The notes under the pieces: model-generated
The model's input: the letters and a program-made list of their open reading frames with translations, nothing else
Told to the model about the DNA's origin: nothing
The model's database searches: none
Made by a program: the position numbers and the translations under genes
IMG/VR virus record: IMGVR_UViG_3300010048_000855
Coordinates: 1 to 35,887 of that record
Strand: one strand, 5' to 3'
Origin: a virus
Lineage: Duplodnaviria; Caudoviricetes
Length of the DNA stretch: 35,887 nt
Part shown: piece by piece, positions 34,536 to 35,887 of the stretch
Layout of the letters: each line of letters opens with the position of its first letter
Numbering within the stretch: the stretch's first letter is position 1

Positions 34536-34618
34536 GTAGACGTGACCCCAATCGTAGAACTATAACCCAGGTCCTAATGATCGAAGGAAGGAATTTGATC
34601 GGGAGGGAACCTCCCTAA

Positions 34619-35668
34619 TCACCACGTCGCTATGACCGCCCGGTTGATCGCCTCTTGCCGCGTGGAGATCCACTGCGAGTAGTGCTTTTCTACGATCCTC
34701 GGACTATTTCCCAAAATCGCGGCGACCTCGCTCACGGGCACGCCCTTCGAAAGCAGCTCGACCGCGAACGTGTGGCGCCAGCGGTGCGCGTGGATGTGGA
34801 CGCCGGCGAGAGTAGAGAGGCGCCGGAAGGTCCGCTGCCAATCGCCCACGCAGGACTTCGGATTCCCCTCGCCAGACCAGAAGAAATACTCGCCAGCTTT
34901 CATTTTTTCGAGTGTGCTCTTCATCTCCGCATGAACCGGCAACTGAACCGGCTTGCCGTTCTTGTGTGTCCGCAGCGTAATCATTCCATCCGCAACGGCC
35001 GCTCGCTTGAGCTGCACTACATCGCGTATCCGCAGACCCGTCCACCGCAATACTGCAACGAATGCGGCAACGCGGTCGCGGTTCGCTCCCCCATAGATTC
35101 CTTTTGCCGGAAAGAGCGGAATAGCCCAGGCGATCTTCTCCAATTCGGCAACGTCGAAGGGCTTTTTTTCGATTGCCATTTCCTTTGGAGGACGCAACGG
35201 CTTTGCCGGATTATCGGCGATCCACTTTCGCTCATTACAGAATTTGAAGAATGACTTCAGTCGTTCGAGCTTCTTTATCGCCGTCGATGGCTTGAAATTC
35301 CAGCCTTCCCGGAAGAGGGCAATGTCGTCGGGCGTGAGCGCGGCAATGGACCGGTTGCCGAACATCTCGACGAGTTCATCACAGAGACGGTCGAATTTTC
35401 GCGTCGTGTCATCCGAAAGGCCGCGGCTCTTTTGATCGTTAACGAACCGCTCGAACGCTTCCTTAATCTGCGGAACCGATACGCCATTAATCTCCCATTC
35501 GCGCACCAGCTTTTGCGCGGCTTCCCAACTCCGCACATCAAGGGATTTCCGCACCATTTCCCCGCGCAGCCGCCCTTCGACCGCGATCGGACAAGTGCAA
35601 TGGCGGTGCCTGCGGCCCTTCGAGGCGAACTTGCAGGACTGCATATGTCTGCGAAAAATCGTGAGCAC
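34619..35668 (-). CDS. int: tyrosine recombinase/integrase
   Basis: TGLR, HK, HRWRHTFA, LGNS, HY catalytic set; SAM-like core-binding domain; likely GTG start at 35668. Confidence 0.95.
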   Translation of the reverse strand: MLTIFRRHMQSCKFASKGRRHRHCTCPIAVEGRLRGEMVRKSLDVRSWEAAQKLVREWEINGVSVPQIKEAFERFVNDQKSRGLSDDTTRKFDRLCDELVEMFGNRSIAALTPDDIALFREGWNFKPSTAIKKLERLKSFFKFCNERKWIADNPAKPLRPPKEMAIEKKPFDVAELEKIAWAIPLFPAKGIYGGANRDRVAAFVAVLRWTGLRIRDVVQLKRAAVADGMITLRTHKNGKPVQLPVHAEMKSTLEKMKAGEYFFWSGEGNPKSCVGDWQRTFRRLSTLAGVHIHAHRWRHTFAVELLSKGVPVSEVAAILGNSPRIVEKHYSQWISTRQEAINRAVIATW

Positions 35669-35753
35669 AGATCGAGCTTCCCACGAGTAGCACACGCAGT
35701 ACACACGCAGCTTTTGCGTTCACTGCAAACTATTGAATTTAAAGAAGAAAGGA

Positions 35754-35887
35754 TGGTGGAGGCGGCGGGAGTCGAACCCGCGTCCGAAATCGCTGTCAGC
35801 CAGGAGTGTCCATGCTCTGTCCGCTTCCGCATGTTTTCGCCCGGCGGCCTCAGAACGGACAAGATGGCCGACGAGCTAGTCCGATGA
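35754..35887 (-). ncRNA. ssrA: tmRNA 3' portion (runs off the window); probable prophage attachment site
   Basis: Reverse complement ends TTTCGGACGCGGGTTCGACTCCCGCCGCCTCCACCA, a tmRNA-type T-arm/acceptor end; upstream sequence is not a tRNA cloverleaf. Confidence 0.88.

Larger units (their letters stand above)
1..35753. mobile_element. temperate podovirus-like prophage integrated at ssrA (left boundary not seen)
   Basis: Integrase next to the tmRNA 3' end; complete packaging, head, short-tail, ejection and lysis modules; no tape measure or tail tube genes. Confidence 0.9.

Noticed and set aside
35754-35830. A tRNA gene
   Set aside because: No D/anticodon cloverleaf upstream of the T-arm; the TTTCGGAC-GCGGGTTCG context is tmRNA-like
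1-35887. TGA recoding (genetic code 4/25)
   Set aside because: Clear genes such as terL, ninG, portal, DUF932 and the integrase end properly at TGA, and long genes are intact under code 11

Overview
The window is most of a temperate, podovirus-like (P22/T7-style short-tail) prophage. At the right end are the 3' end of a tmRNA (ssrA) gene and an adjacent tyrosine integrase, both on the minus strand. From left to right it carries: early and recombination genes (PD-(D/E)XK exonuclease, SSB-like protein, NinG); terminase, portal, scaffold, capsid, tail and ejection genes; an unusual lysis block (papain-like C1 protease plus holin); and an accessory arm (DUF932, paired Zn-binding microproteins, a BglII-like nuclease with an MT-A70 methyltransferase, an SLT-like enzyme, and a 4-TM protein with a DGQHR protein). 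Three features stand out. (1) A ~630-nt ORF-poor, densely base-paired + strand segment (31160-31790) contains a pseudoknot and a CCA-ended tRNA-like module, and is a candidate large phage ncRNA; smaller multi-stem RNA elements occur elsewhere. (2) The genome is a mosaic of two translation-initiation styles: core genes lack Shine-Dalgarno (SD) sites and often have AAGGTCG ~20 nt upstream (Patescibacteria/CPR-phage-like), while flanking and moron genes have strong SD sites (Acidobacteria-like). (3) No repressor or replication initiator is recognisable. All product and taxonomic calls come from motif recognition by eye; no searches were run.
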